A DNA stretch of 64,000 nucleotides from an uncultured virus (IMG/VR IMGVR_UViG_3300030202_000991) (Duplodnaviria; Heunggongvirae; Uroviricota; Caudoviricetes). The notes under the pieces were generated by a model that was given only the letters and a program-made list of their open reading frames with translations, had not been told where the DNA came from and did not search any database. The DNA is taken from IMG/VR virus record IMGVR_UViG_3300030202_000991; one strand, given 5' to 3'. The translations under genes and the position numbers were made by a program. Below are positions 34,996-45,800 of this stretch, piece by piece (position 1 is the stretch's first letter; every line of letters begins with the position of its first letter).

Positions 34996-35636
34996 AATCT
35001 TTTGAGCAATGCCCGAAGAAATACCATCACTTAAAAGTTTTAAAGGACTATAAAGAATCTCAGTCGGAAGCAATGTCTTATGGTAATGAATTCCATAAAG
35101 CAGCAGAAGATTACGTCAGTAAAGTTGTACCTGAACTTGACCCTAGATTTTCTTACGCGCAATCTATGTTGGATAAGTTATCAGCAATGGATGGAGAAAA
35201 GTTATGTGAGTACAGAATGGGCATAACTTCTAACTTAGAACCTTGTGAGTTTTTTGCTAAAGATGTGTGGTACAGAGGTGTAGCTGATTTAATAATCCTT
35301 GATAAAGAAAATAAAGTAGCACGAGTATTCGACTACAAGACAAGTAAGTCCACAAGGTACGCTGATAAAGGGCAATTGGAACTCATGGCTTTGTGCGTTT
35401 TTAGACACTTCCCTGAGATAGAAGTTGTCAAGTCAGGGTTGCTATTTACAGTATGTAATAAGTTAATTAAAGAAACATACACAAGAGAAGACCAAACTAA
35501 ATTGTGGCGTAAGTGGTTGATTAGTTATGGAACATTAGAAAAAACTTTTGAAAATGATGTATGGAATCCAAGACCTACTGGATTATGTAAGGCTCATTGT
35601 GTCATACTAGAATGTCCACACAACGGGAGACGTTAA
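34959..35636 (+). CDS. PD-(D/E)XK exonuclease (RecB/Cas4-like)
   Basis: WSFSSL, CP, GNEFH, GVADL, DYKT, QL, C-terminal Cys cluster. Confidence 0.85.
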   Translation: MDTKPAWSFSSLKSFEQCPKKYHHLKVLKDYKESQSEAMSYGNEFHKAAEDYVSKVVPELDPRFSYAQSMLDKLSAMDGEKLCEYRMGITSNLEPCEFFAKDVWYRGVADLIILDKENKVARVFDYKTSKSTRYADKGQLELMALCVFRHFPEIEVVKSGLLFTVCNKLIKETYTREDQTKLWRKWLISYGTLEKTFENDVWNPRPTGLCKAHCVILECPHNGRR

Positions 35637-35638
35637 CT

Positions 35639-35932
35639 ATGCCGTATACGAAAAAGAAACGTCCTTATAAAAAAGAATATCAACAACAGAAAGCACGAGG
35701 TGAACATGCTAATCGCATGGAGCGGCAACGTGCTAGACGTAAGATAGACAAGACAGGTGCGGATAAAAACAAAAACGGTAAAGCCGACAAACGTGAAGGT
35801 AAAGATGTTAGTCACAAGAAGGCTTTAAGTAAGGGTGGCACTAACAAAGACGGCGTTAAGATAGAAAGCAAAAGTAAGAATCGGTCTCGAAATTATAAAA
35901 AGAAAAAGACCGCGAAGAAAAAATCTAAATAA
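35639..35932 (+). CDS. Basic HNH-endonuclease-like protein (possibly degenerate)
   Basis: ATG at 35639; DVSHKKALSKGGTN...SKNRSRN. Confidence 0.5.
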   Translation: MPYTKKKRPYKKEYQQQKARGEHANRMERQRARRKIDKTGADKNKNGKADKREGKDVSHKKALSKGGTNKDGVKIESKSKNRSRNYKKKKTAKKKSK

Positions 35933-35947
35933 CATCTCGGAGTAACG

Positions 35948-37489
35948 ATGCAAGTAGTTGAGAACAGGGGGCTACGCCTGAAGGTGCGTGACCCTCAAAG
36001 AATTACGACCGCCATACCAACTAGTAAATCATTAGGTAACAACGAAGTATTGGTGCGGTGGGGCGTAGACGAAGCTCGTGTCCTCCGTAACCTAAACATA
36101 AAAGATGTACCGTCTCCCATACTGGGCAAGTATAAATGGACAGGGCATCTAAAACCTTTTGACCACCAAAAGACCACAAGTTCTTTCCTTACTATGAACC
36201 CTCGTGCTTTTTGTTTTAACGAACAGGGCACTGGGAAAACTGCCTCTGCAATATGGGCAGCAGACTTCTTAATGAAAGAACAAGTAATCAAGAAAGTACT
36301 TATTATATGTCCCCTATCTATAATGGATTCGGCTTGGCGTGCTGACCTGTTTAAGTTTGCTATGCACCGTACAGTAGACATAGCGCATGGCCCTAAAGAC
36401 AAACGCCGTAAGATAATAATGGGTGACGCAGAGTTTATGATAATAAACTACGATGGTGTAGAGATTGTAGAAGAACATATCAAGATGGCCGATTACGATT
36501 TGATTATCGTAGATGAAGCTACCCATTACAAAAATGCACAGTCCAAGCGATGGAAAACACTTAACAGAATAATGAAACCAGAGACATGGGTATGGATGAT
36601 GACAGGTACGCCAGCAGCACAATCGCCATTAGATGCGTTTGGTTTAGCTAAAATGTTAAACCCTTTGGCAGTGCCACGTTCTTTTAGTGCGTTTCGTGAG
36701 ATGGTTATGCACAAAGTAACTCAGTTTAAATGGGTTCCAAAAGCCACCGCAATACCCACAGTACACGCAGTTTTGCAACCCGCCATCAGGTACACCAAAG
36801 AACAATGTTTAGATTTGCCTGAACTTACATACGTTAAACGAGAAGTAGCTCTTACGGCACAACAGAAAAAATATTACAAAGCTATTCGTTCTCACATGCT
36901 AACGATGGCAGCAGGGGAACAAGTTACAGCAACAAACGCAGCCGTTACCATGAACAAGCTGTTACAAATATCTTGCGGCGCAGTCTATGCCGACAGTGGC
37001 GAGACGGTAGAGTTTGATATAAAGAACCGATACAAAGTATTGAAGGAAGCTATTGATGAGTCTAGTCAAAAGGTGTTGATCTTTGTCCCGTTCAAACATG
37101 TCATTGATATACTCTCTGAGAAACTTCTTGCTGACAAAATAACTAATGGCATTATCCGGGGAGACGTTAGCGTTTCTAAGCGCACGGAGCTGTTCCGTAA
37201 TTTCCAAACTACAGACAACCCCAGAGTATTGATAATTCAACCCCAAGCCGCAGCGCATGGTGTCACCCTAACCGCAGCTAATACTGTTGTTTGGTGGGGG
37301 CCAGTGGCCTCATTAGAGACGTATGCACAGGCTAATGCACGAGTACATCGGTCAGGACAGCATCATCCTTGTACTGTGGTGCAGCTACAGGGAGCACCAG
37401 TAGAGAAGAGAGTATACAAACTACTTGACGAAAGAATAGATGTGCATACAAAAATAATAGATTTATACAATGAACTACTTGAAATATAA
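35948..37489 (+). CDS. SNF2-family helicase
   Basis: EQGTGKT, IVDEA, MTGTP, GVTLTAA, QANARVHRSGQ. Confidence 0.92.
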   Translation: MQVVENRGLRLKVRDPQRITTAIPTSKSLGNNEVLVRWGVDEARVLRNLNIKDVPSPILGKYKWTGHLKPFDHQKTTSSFLTMNPRAFCFNEQGTGKTASAIWAADFLMKEQVIKKVLIICPLSIMDSAWRADLFKFAMHRTVDIAHGPKDKRRKIIMGDAEFMIINYDGVEIVEEHIKMADYDLIIVDEATHYKNAQSKRWKTLNRIMKPETWVWMMTGTPAAQSPLDAFGLAKMLNPLAVPRSFSAFREMVMHKVTQFKWVPKATAIPTVHAVLQPAIRYTKEQCLDLPELTYVKREVALTAQQKKYYKAIRSHMLTMAAGEQVTATNAAVTMNKLLQISCGAVYADSGETVEFDIKNRYKVLKEAIDESSQKVLIFVPFKHVIDILSEKLLADKITNGIIRGDVSVSKRTELFRNFQTTDNPRVLIIQPQAAAHGVTLTAANTVVWWGPVASLETYAQANARVHRSGQHHPCTVVQLQGAPVEKRVYKLLDERIDVHTKIIDLYNELLEI

Positions 37490-37507
37490 AAACAATGCCC
37501 ATATAAT
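37479..37507 (+). promoter_or_regulatory. Sigma70-type promoter for replication genes
   Basis: TTGAAA-N17-TATAAT. Confidence 0.65.
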
Positions 37508-37545
37508 CACTTTGCTTAACCAAAATATAATAAAGAGGACGATGT

Positions 37546-37983
37546 ATGGCAAAGCAAAGTAATGAGGAACCGCACGCTATGACCCAAGCTGAAGAAGTTG
37601 GATTGGAACGTTTGGTCGAAGCGTGTATCAAAATTCGTGATAAAAAAGCGGAGATTACTAACGAACTTAACGGCAAGTTAGAAACTCTGGATACCAAACT
37701 CAAGGCGTTTAAGGCAGCTTTAGATGAGCACTGTCAGAAGACAGGCGCTAAGTCTATGTCTTTTGAGTGCGGTAGTTTTTATCGTTCAGTCAAAACAAAG
37801 TATTGGACTTCTGATTGGGAGAGCATGGGTAAGTTTATCGTAGAGAACGAAGCTACTGATTTACTTGAGAGGCGTATCCATCAGGGTAATATGAAATCCT
37901 TTTTGGAGGAAAACCCTGAGAAATTACCACCAAACCTAAACGCCGAATCGGAATACACAATTACTGTTCGGAGGAAGAAATAA
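37546..37983 (+). CDS. Conserved phage replication-module hypothetical protein
   Basis: 145 aa; coiled coil then YWTSDWES...LLERRI. Confidence 0.7.
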   Translation: MAKQSNEEPHAMTQAEEVGLERLVEACIKIRDKKAEITNELNGKLETLDTKLKAFKAALDEHCQKTGAKSMSFECGSFYRSVKTKYWTSDWESMGKFIVENEATDLLERRIHQGNMKSFLEENPEKLPPNLNAESEYTITVRRKK

Positions 37984-38244
37984 ATGCAAGAAGCGTCATA
38001 CGTAACTTTAGATGAACTTGCCGCACATGTAGGTGTCAAAATATCTACAGTGCGTCAATGGGTGAAAAGAGGTTACATTCCACGTAACACTTACATCAAA
38101 GCAGGTAGCACTTATCGTTTCTGTTTAAAAGATGTTGAGGCATCTTTGCGTGACGAAGGTACAGAGGAGGATGTGTCTACTGAAGATACAACTCCTGTTT
38201 CGGAACTCTCTGAAATGGTTAGAGAAATAAATGAGGATTTATAA
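37984..38244 (+). CDS. Excisionase/MerR-type HTH DNA-binding protein
   Basis: TLDELAAHVGVKISTVRQWVKRG...YRF. Confidence 0.8.
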   Translation: MQEASYVTLDELAAHVGVKISTVRQWVKRGYIPRNTYIKAGSTYRFCLKDVEASLRDEGTEEDVSTEDTTPVSELSEMVREINEDL

Positions 38245-38253
38245 GGCAGTCTA

Positions 38254-39057
38254 ATGACAGATACAAATAACTTAGACGACATGCCTGATAGCTATAAAGA
38301 CTTATTGTCTCAACTAGATGGAGAAACAAAACCTACACAAGACGATACTCCAAAAACGAACAAACTATCTGTTCGTGATAAAGTGTTTCGTAAGATTGTG
38401 GATGGTGTAGAAGTTGCCCAACTAACACAGCAGGAACTAGATGTAGTTATTGTGAAGACAGGAGCTATATCTCGTTTGTTTTACAAGGGCGAATACCGTA
38501 GTGGTGTTGGTAGCCAACCTACATGTTGGAGTGCAGATGTACGCACTGGCACTCCCTGTCCTGATGTGCCCGAAGGGAATCGTCAGAACCCCACTTGTTT
38601 TGATTGCACACAAAACATAAAGGGTAGCGGGGGTCAAAGTTCAAGGGCATGTAAATATCGGCAACGTATTGCAGTGATGTTGGTTGATTCTGATGGACGG
38701 ATAACTCTCCAAGATGTTTATCAATTAGACTTATCTGGTGTAAGTGTGTTTGGGCGCGATCAGAAGCGTATGTCTATGCAGGGATACGCTAACTACTTGA
38801 ACACACATCAATGTCCTTTAGCATCTGTAATAACAAATATAAGTTTTGATAACACTACACATTTACCGAAACTTATATTTGCACCAAAACGTGCGTTAGA
38901 AAAAGAAGAACTGTCTTTAGTTGCGTATCTACAAAAAGATGCAAATACTAAGGCGCTTGTTGAATTGAACATAAAACCTCATAAAGAACTACATCAGGAT
39001 GTCGATAACGTTTTTGGCGTAGTGACAGGAGAAGGAGTTTACAAAACTGGTAATTGA
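38254..39057 (+). CDS. Hypothetical protein (possible ssDNA-binding/annealing, Cys-rich)
   Basis: PTCWSAD, CFDC, GSG...RACK; located in replication module. Confidence 0.55.
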   Translation: MTDTNNLDDMPDSYKDLLSQLDGETKPTQDDTPKTNKLSVRDKVFRKIVDGVEVAQLTQQELDVVIVKTGAISRLFYKGEYRSGVGSQPTCWSADVRTGTPCPDVPEGNRQNPTCFDCTQNIKGSGGQSSRACKYRQRIAVMLVDSDGRITLQDVYQLDLSGVSVFGRDQKRMSMQGYANYLNTHQCPLASVITNISFDNTTHLPKLIFAPKRALEKEELSLVAYLQKDANTKALVELNIKPHKELHQDVDNVFGVVTGEGVYKTGN

Positions 39058-39100
39058 TAAAACGCGAAAATATTTTTTAACCTTTAACGAGAGCGAAATT

Positions 39101-39820
39101 ATGGAAAGACAAACTTACATGATTAACAATGTGGAAGCTCTTTATCCACGATTAGATAAACCGTATCGCTACGATCAGAGTGCCAACCAAGGGAAAGGCA
39201 GTAGTGTCCCATGTGAGGCAGGAGCGAAAGGTGCTGACTACCACGTTAAATTTAAGATGGATACTTCTCAAGCTAAAGAGTTGGGAGCTGCCATGCTTAA
39301 AGCGTATAACGAAGCGAAAGAAGATAATTGGCCGAAGTTTAAAGTGCCTTTTGAGAAAGTAGATGGTGACACTGTGGCTTTTATTGGCAAGGCAAAACTA
39401 CCTGCTATGTTTAGTGACACACCTACCGATCCTCCTAAACATTATGACTCAGAAAATACAAAGCTAGAGGATGGGTTCCAGTTGACAACGGGTAGTACTG
39501 TCAACTTGTATGTAGAACTAGTCCCCTACAACTATCAAGGTAGTGGGGTGTCGTTACGTTTACGTGGAGTACAAGTTATTAAGTTTAAAGAATTTGTTCC
39601 TCCTTCTCCGTTTTCAGCGCAAGAAGGTTTTACGAAAAACGATGCAGCTCCGAAAGATGATATTGACTCTATCTTTGATACCGCAGAAAAACCACAAGCT
39701 AAAGAACCTGTGGAGGAACCTGTGGAAGAACCTAAAGTTAGAACAAAGAAGAAAGCAGAGCCATCTTCCGAAGACGATCTATCAAAACTTCTTGACGAAT
39801 TAGATGATTTTGATGGGTAA
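39101..39820 (+). CDS. Single-stranded DNA-binding protein (gp2.5-like)
   Basis: GVSLRLRGVQVI OB-fold strand; long acidic C-terminal tail. Confidence 0.7.
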   Translation: MERQTYMINNVEALYPRLDKPYRYDQSANQGKGSSVPCEAGAKGADYHVKFKMDTSQAKELGAAMLKAYNEAKEDNWPKFKVPFEKVDGDTVAFIGKAKLPAMFSDTPTDPPKHYDSENTKLEDGFQLTTGSTVNLYVELVPYNYQGSGVSLRLRGVQVIKFKEFVPPSPFSAQEGFTKNDAAPKDDIDSIFDTAEKPQAKEPVEEPVEEPKVRTKKKAEPSSEDDLSKLLDELDDFDG

Positions 39821-39832
39821 CAATAACCATAC

Positions 39833-39854
39833 GGAGCGTCTGCATGGGCGCTCC
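39833..39854 (+). other. Intergenic hairpin
   Basis: GGAGCGTC-TGCATG-GGCGCTCC between SSB and primase; no U-tract. Confidence 0.45.
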
Positions 39855-39877
39855 ATCTCTACGATGTGTACTTTAAT

Positions 39878-42697
39878 ATGGATACTGAACAGTTTTTAAA
39901 GACTGTTCTGGGTGATGAGGGTTTTTACTGCACAGTTTGTATCAAAGAAAACAAACAGGTTACACAAGAATTTAAAGAATCAATAGAAGATGTTGTACAG
40001 AGTGTTAAACAAATAGATGCAGCGGGTAATGAAGCATACTTTGCAGTTAGTACGTTTAAAGAAAAACAACGGAAAGCTGAATACGCCGAACAATTAAAGA
40101 CTTTATTTCTTGATATAGATTGTGGTGAAGGTAAAGACTACGCAACTCGGAACGAAGGGTTAGACGCACTTAAAGCATTTTATAAACGTTATAAACTTCC
40201 TCCTACACTTATAGTTAATTCTGGGAGGGGTTGGCACGTCTATTGGGTATTGGATAAACCTTGTAGTCGTGACGAATGGATTACGGTAGCCGAACAATTA
40301 AAAAACGCTTGCAGTGATTTTGGGCTTAAGGCAGACACCGCAGTTACGGCAGACGCTGCCAGAATATTACGCCCGATAGGGACGCACAACTACAAGGGCA
40401 ACGTACCGTTACCTGTTGAGAAATATAGCAGCAGTGATTACATAACATCTTTACAGGAGTTTAAAGACAAACTTCCTGATAGCTTGATGCCAGTTCTCCC
40501 ACAAAGAGAATACTCCGAAGAGGACAAGCGCGACATGGAGCTTGCTTCTGGAGGTGGGGAACGTTACTCATATTCGTTAGCTGACATTTTAAACAAAAGT
40601 GTCACAGGCAAAGGATGTCAACAGATTCATCGGGCAGTTGAGAAACCAAACGAAATTAGCTACAACCAATGGATTGATGTTCTTTCTGTGGTTAAAGAGT
40701 GTGAAGAAGGCCCGAAAGCAATACATGTCATTTCTAATAAATACGATAAGTACAGCAAATCAGAAACCGAATCTGTAGCCGCAGGGCTGAAGTGGGCGCA
40801 CCACTGTACTACTTTCGAGCAGAATAACCCTGACGGTTGTGCAGACTGTGTGCATAGGGACAACCCTAAGATAAGAAGTCCGAAAGATTTAGGACGCAGA
40901 CTACTTAAAAAGGTACAGGAAGATACCGAGACACAAGTAATAGAGAAGGAAGACCCAAAACAACCTACCCTACCAAAATACCCTTACCCTTACTTTCCTC
41001 TTAGGGATGGAGGCATTGGGGTAATGGAAACGGATAAAGAAGGTAATCAGTTTGAAAAGCCGATATGTGACACAGACTTTTATATCGTAAAAAGATTGCG
41101 CGATAAGATTGTTGGGCCAGCTTATATTTTTAGGCATCACACAAAGCAAGAGGGGATTAGAGAGTTTATGATCCCTGCTCAAAAACTTATCAGCACAGAA
41201 TCTTTTAAGATACAAATGAGCAAGAACGACATATTTACATTAGCTCCTATGGATTTGATGCACTACGTAGCTGCTTGGATAACTCAAGTCAAAGATGTTA
41301 ATGGGCTTCCAGAGATACAGGTAGCAGACCAATTTGGTTGGACGGATAACAACAAGTCTTTTATTTTAGGGGACAGAGAAATTTATGAAAATTCCATAGA
41401 GCCTAACTACCCAAGTTCTGTAACGGAAGATTACTTCATGCACTTTGAAAAGAAAGGGAGTTTGGAAGAATGGAAAAAGATACCAAAGTTTTTTGATAGG
41501 GCTGGGTTTGAACCTCATCAGTATATGTTTGGGCTTTCGTTTGCAGCACCACTTATGGTTTTTGCGCCTAAGATAGCAGGAAGTATATTCCATCTAAAAA
41601 GCGCCGAGTCTGGTTTTGGTAAGTCTACTGGACAATTTGCAGGGGCTTCTGTGTGGGGCGACCCTACTTTAGTAGTGCAGAAAGGTGATGACACTATAGC
41701 TTCTATATGGAAGGTAACAGAAACTTATAAAAATATTATTATTTACTGTGACGAACTATCTAATAAAGGAGGCAAAGAGCTAAGTGGTTTTGCTTACGAT
41801 GTGAGTGGTGGTAAGCAGCGTAACAGGCTAAGAGGTTCTAGTGAAATAAACAAAGAACGCTACCGGGGAAATCCTTGGAGGACTCTTGTAGGAACTAGTG
41901 GTAATACTAGTATATTAGAAACAATATCCGCAGAGTTTAGAGAAAGCCCAAAAGGAGAGACTCAACGAGTACTTGAAGCAGAGACAATGGTTAAGCTCAA
42001 AGAAGATAGTGCCACTACAAGAGAAGGTATTGAGCTTAACATGTTGTTAGAAAACAACTATGGACATGCAGGTGAAAAGTACATCCAGTATGTAGTAAAG
42101 AATAAGGATGTAATAGAGAAGATATTGTTACAGAAAATAGAACATCTTATAAAACAAACAGAGCTGTCTGCCCAGAATAGATTTTGGTTGTGGCAAGCCG
42201 CAGGGGTACTTACAGGCTTATTAATTGCAGGTAGGCTAGGGTTGCACAGTTTGAACATAGATAACTTGCAGGATTGGATTTGCAAGCAACTACGCCATGC
42301 TCGTGATGAGACGGTGAAGATGACAGTAGATATTCACGATACGATAGCGGCTTACTTGGCCGACAACAATCGCAGCATACTTAGAATAAAAAGCACCGAT
42401 AGAGAAGTGTATGATCCAGAAACGGAGACCTTAATTAGTCCCGAACAATTACCTATGTACAAGTTTGTAGGGCGACATGAGTTCGACACTAACACTGTGT
42501 ACTTGTTACCTGCGCCGTTCAAGAAATGGTGTTTGCTCCGAAAGATAGACTACGGCTCTACACGTAGGGCGATTATGGAGCAGATGAATGGTACAGCTTT
42601 GAAGTTTAGGCTAGGAACTAACACTAACTTGAAACTTCCAATAACACACGTACTTAAACTATCTTGGTCTGAAGAAGTTACTGAGAGTATAACGTAA
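39878..42697 (+). CDS. Primase-helicase (RepB/AEP-like primase + DUF927 + P-loop)
   Basis: FLDID, NSGRGWHVYW, ARILRP primase motifs; QFGW; GFGKST Walker A; YCDE Walker B. Confidence 0.85.
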   Translation: MDTEQFLKTVLGDEGFYCTVCIKENKQVTQEFKESIEDVVQSVKQIDAAGNEAYFAVSTFKEKQRKAEYAEQLKTLFLDIDCGEGKDYATRNEGLDALKAFYKRYKLPPTLIVNSGRGWHVYWVLDKPCSRDEWITVAEQLKNACSDFGLKADTAVTADAARILRPIGTHNYKGNVPLPVEKYSSSDYITSLQEFKDKLPDSLMPVLPQREYSEEDKRDMELASGGGERYSYSLADILNKSVTGKGCQQIHRAVEKPNEISYNQWIDVLSVVKECEEGPKAIHVISNKYDKYSKSETESVAAGLKWAHHCTTFEQNNPDGCADCVHRDNPKIRSPKDLGRRLLKKVQEDTETQVIEKEDPKQPTLPKYPYPYFPLRDGGIGVMETDKEGNQFEKPICDTDFYIVKRLRDKIVGPAYIFRHHTKQEGIREFMIPAQKLISTESFKIQMSKNDIFTLAPMDLMHYVAAWITQVKDVNGLPEIQVADQFGWTDNNKSFILGDREIYENSIEPNYPSSVTEDYFMHFEKKGSLEEWKKIPKFFDRAGFEPHQYMFGLSFAAPLMVFAPKIAGSIFHLKSAESGFGKSTGQFAGASVWGDPTLVVQKGDDTIASIWKVTETYKNIIIYCDELSNKGGKELSGFAYDVSGGKQRNRLRGSSEINKERYRGNPWRTLVGTSGNTSILETISAEFRESPKGETQRVLEAETMVKLKEDSATTREGIELNMLLENNYGHAGEKYIQYVVKNKDVIEKILLQKIEHLIKQTELSAQNRFWLWQAAGVLTGLLIAGRLGLHSLNIDNLQDWICKQLRHARDETVKMTVDIHDTIAAYLADNNRSILRIKSTDREVYDPETETLISPEQLPMYKFVGRHEFDTNTVYLLPAPFKKWCLLRKIDYGSTRRAIMEQMNGTALKFRLGTNTNLKLPITHVLKLSWSEEVTESIT

Positions 42698-42823
42698 GCT
42701 GAAAGTCTCCCAAGTAAGTCTCCCTTGCTAAGACAGTCAATGATTATGCGGGTAGTGCAGGTAGTGCAGGTGTGGCAAGTTTGTGGTACAGTGCGCCTAC
42801 ATCGTTCTCGTAGAGAGACACTT

Positions 42824-42849
42824 TGCCCTCCATGTGAGGGCATTTTTTT
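42824..42849 (+). terminator. Rho-independent terminator at convergence of the two arms
   Basis: TGCCCTC-CATGT-GAGGGCA followed by T-run. Confidence 0.75.
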
Positions 42850-45800
42850 ATCCTACATAAAAGTCGTCTTCGCCTAGTTCTTGTAGTCGCCTACGCACCA
42901 CAGCGTTCAAACGTTGTCGGTTCACCGTTATACCCCCTAGTCTGCGTGCTATCTGAGAGGTTATGCGGTGTTGTCTTAACGACCTGCTCTTCGTAGACCC
43001 TGTAATCCTTACTTCAGGGTTTCTTGCGTTGAACTCCATGATATCCCTATCCGCGTCAAGCACTCCTGTAAAGTCCCCTTCACGGAAAGCCATGTAACGT
43101 TGACGTAACAACTTAGTTCTTTTCTCACTAATGTTCCTGTCTATACGTTTATCTCGTGCGTTTATTTCTAGCTGTTTCGTGTAGTCAGCAGGGGCAAACC
43201 CAAGGAATTGCCCAAGAATAGAACGTGCTGATAGGTCTTCTGTAATTGGGTCACCTCGTAGAGTACGTGCACCCTCAGTAGCATAGCGGATGCTTTTTAG
43301 TGGCCCTGAGAAACCTGCGGGTAACATTCCTTCCAACCCACGTCTGTATTCACCTTCGTCCATTAAACCTTTACTACGTGAAATACGTTGCCCTATACCG
43401 TAAAGTGGGCCACCTGCCATTTCTAAAACGTAACTAAGACCATCATCTATCTCATTATTAGGCAATGACCTAAATATTAAATTAGTCATACCAATACGAG
43501 GCGCAAAATCTACGTCAAAAATTTCATTGAGTATGCCTGAATAGGCAGTTTCACCAATGTTAGCGGCTACAATGCTGTCAAAATCATCATCTTGGTCGTC
43601 TAAGAAGAATAAGTTAGCTACACCAGCAAACACACCATAAAGAGGTAACCCTTGTGCTCCTGCCAATAAACCAGACATACCGAACAATCCAGCAATTTGT
43701 TTTTTAGCGTCTTTTTGTTCTTGTTCTGAAAAGTTGCCCATTCGTATAGCTTGTTTAGCCATCTTCATTTGCAGATAAGCCATAGATATACCGAACCGCT
43801 TATACATGAGAAGTATGCTACTAATATCACCTTGAGCTATTTGAGGAGCTGTTTCTATTAGCGCACCACTGTTAGTATGTTCAACGTCAAGCATTACCTC
43901 GTTTACAAAATTACTACCTAATGCGTGTACTTTTTCCAAATAGGCTTCGTATTTACGAATCTGCTCTTTAGTAGCACCTTTTTTTGGAGGTTTTCTTACA
44001 GTTTCTAGTTTGCTATCTGCTTTAGCTTTATCCAACGCTAGTTTGTACGCAGCCATCGCTGTAATTTGTCTGTTAAATCTTTCCCCTTGATGGAACATAA
44101 ATCCAGAGATTCCATTTACAGCCGTTATAGTTCGGTCAAACTTCCCACCCGTTGGATTATCTATATCTAGCATGTCTCCAACAGTAGACGCATTAGCTGC
44201 TCCTCTGTCAACAAGTTCTCTTATTAGAGGCTTAAGTTCTGCATATTCTTCCGGTAAGTTTTCAAGATCAAGGTTGGCGAGGCTAGGCCCATCAATCTCA
44301 TATAAGTCATCTCTGGTTAACCCTCGCTTCTTTAACTCTGCATCTAAATTTGCGTCTTCAAGCCCTTCAAGGTTTTCAAGCCCTGCTACTCTGCGTTTAA
44401 CGCCAGTACCAGAGTATAATTTCATAGCTTCCATCATAGCTGCCATCGTGTTACGCATCCCATAGCGTCCTGCTAAATAAGGCAACACTACAATGGGTAA
44501 GATGAAAGAGTTAACTACGGCAGAAGAAACGTTAAAACCTAGTGTCATCAAGAACCCAAGTGATTTAAGTCGTCTACTGTTGGTGCTTATCTTGGGGTTT
44601 TTAACAAAGTCTGCGTATTCTGTTCCTTTCTGCACTAATTGTTCAGCGTAATCCAGTTCGCCCTGACTACCAGTAACCTGTGCTCTTAGATTGTTTAAGT
44701 TAGTTTTAACTTGGTCAAGAGGAGCGTCAAACTTTAAATTGTCTACTTGCCCCATAAAAGCTGGCATACGTTGACGGAACACATCGATAGCGTCTCTTTC
44801 TGCCCCACGGACATCTTTTCTAGTCCTAAAAGCGCGATGCAAAGAACGCTCTGGCATTGCGTCAATAAGAGCGTCTTGTACAATACTATCTAAGGCATCA
44901 CCCGCGCTCATTACTTGTTTGTACTTAGCTTCTGCGGCTGCAAGTTCTTCAGGTGTGGGTTCTCTGTTTTCTTCTTTAGCTGCGGCCAATTCTTTTTGTC
45001 TGGCTCTTTTTGCGGCTTGTTCTTTCTTCGCTCTTACATCCGCAAGTAGTCCTTGTGCCCATCGAATGTCTACAGAAGAACGTTCTGATGCGTCAACTTG
45101 AGGGCGGTCTAACATTGTACCTTCCAAAGCAGTTCTAAATTCTGCTTCCTGTATCTGTTCAGGAGTGGCATTAGGATTAGTTTTTAATAGTGCTTCCCGT
45201 CCTCTTTTTCTAGCTTCAACAATAGTACCTGCTTCACTTGTAAGTAGTTCTTCTCTCAGTCTTGTATCTTGTAAGATAGCTTGTTCGTACCGTTGCCTGT
45301 CTCGTTGAGAATCAAAAGCAGTTTTATATGGTTCAGGTCGTCCTGTAATTGGATCAAGACCCATGTGGGTGTACCAAAAATCACCTTTTCTAAACAACGG
45401 AAAATAAGGTTCTATAAGCTCTTTGTTTAAAAGTTCCAATAGAATTTTATCTTTGTACGATTGTTTTGCTTGTGCCGCTTCTTCAGAATCGGTTGGAACT
45501 CCATCAATACGTGCTACCAAGGCTTTACGTAAATCTTCGTAAGCGTCCGAATAGGCATCTCGTAGCTCTACGTACACCTCTCTTGCTTTTGGATCAAGCC
45601 TATTCCAGTACTCCATTATATTGTTGTAGTCTTTTTCTGCTTCTTCGCTAGGGTTTATCTTACCGAACTTTGACCGTTCTTCTTTTGATAACTTGTCATT
45701 CTCAGCTTGTTCCTTCTCAAAAGCCGCATCTCTTTTTTCCGCAGTTGGAAAGTGGTAAGTGTTCCTGTTACCGTCTTTATCTACCACAGTGTAACGATAC

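Noticed and set aside
37984..38244. Excisionase implying an integration module
   Set aside because: No integrase or att-like context in the window; a generic HTH in the replication module is more likely
42550..42843. 97-aa minus-strand ORF with CHTCTTCTT
   Set aside because: Overlaps the primase-helicase end in antisense, starts within a terminator, and the Cys pattern comes from a short gtagtgcag repeat
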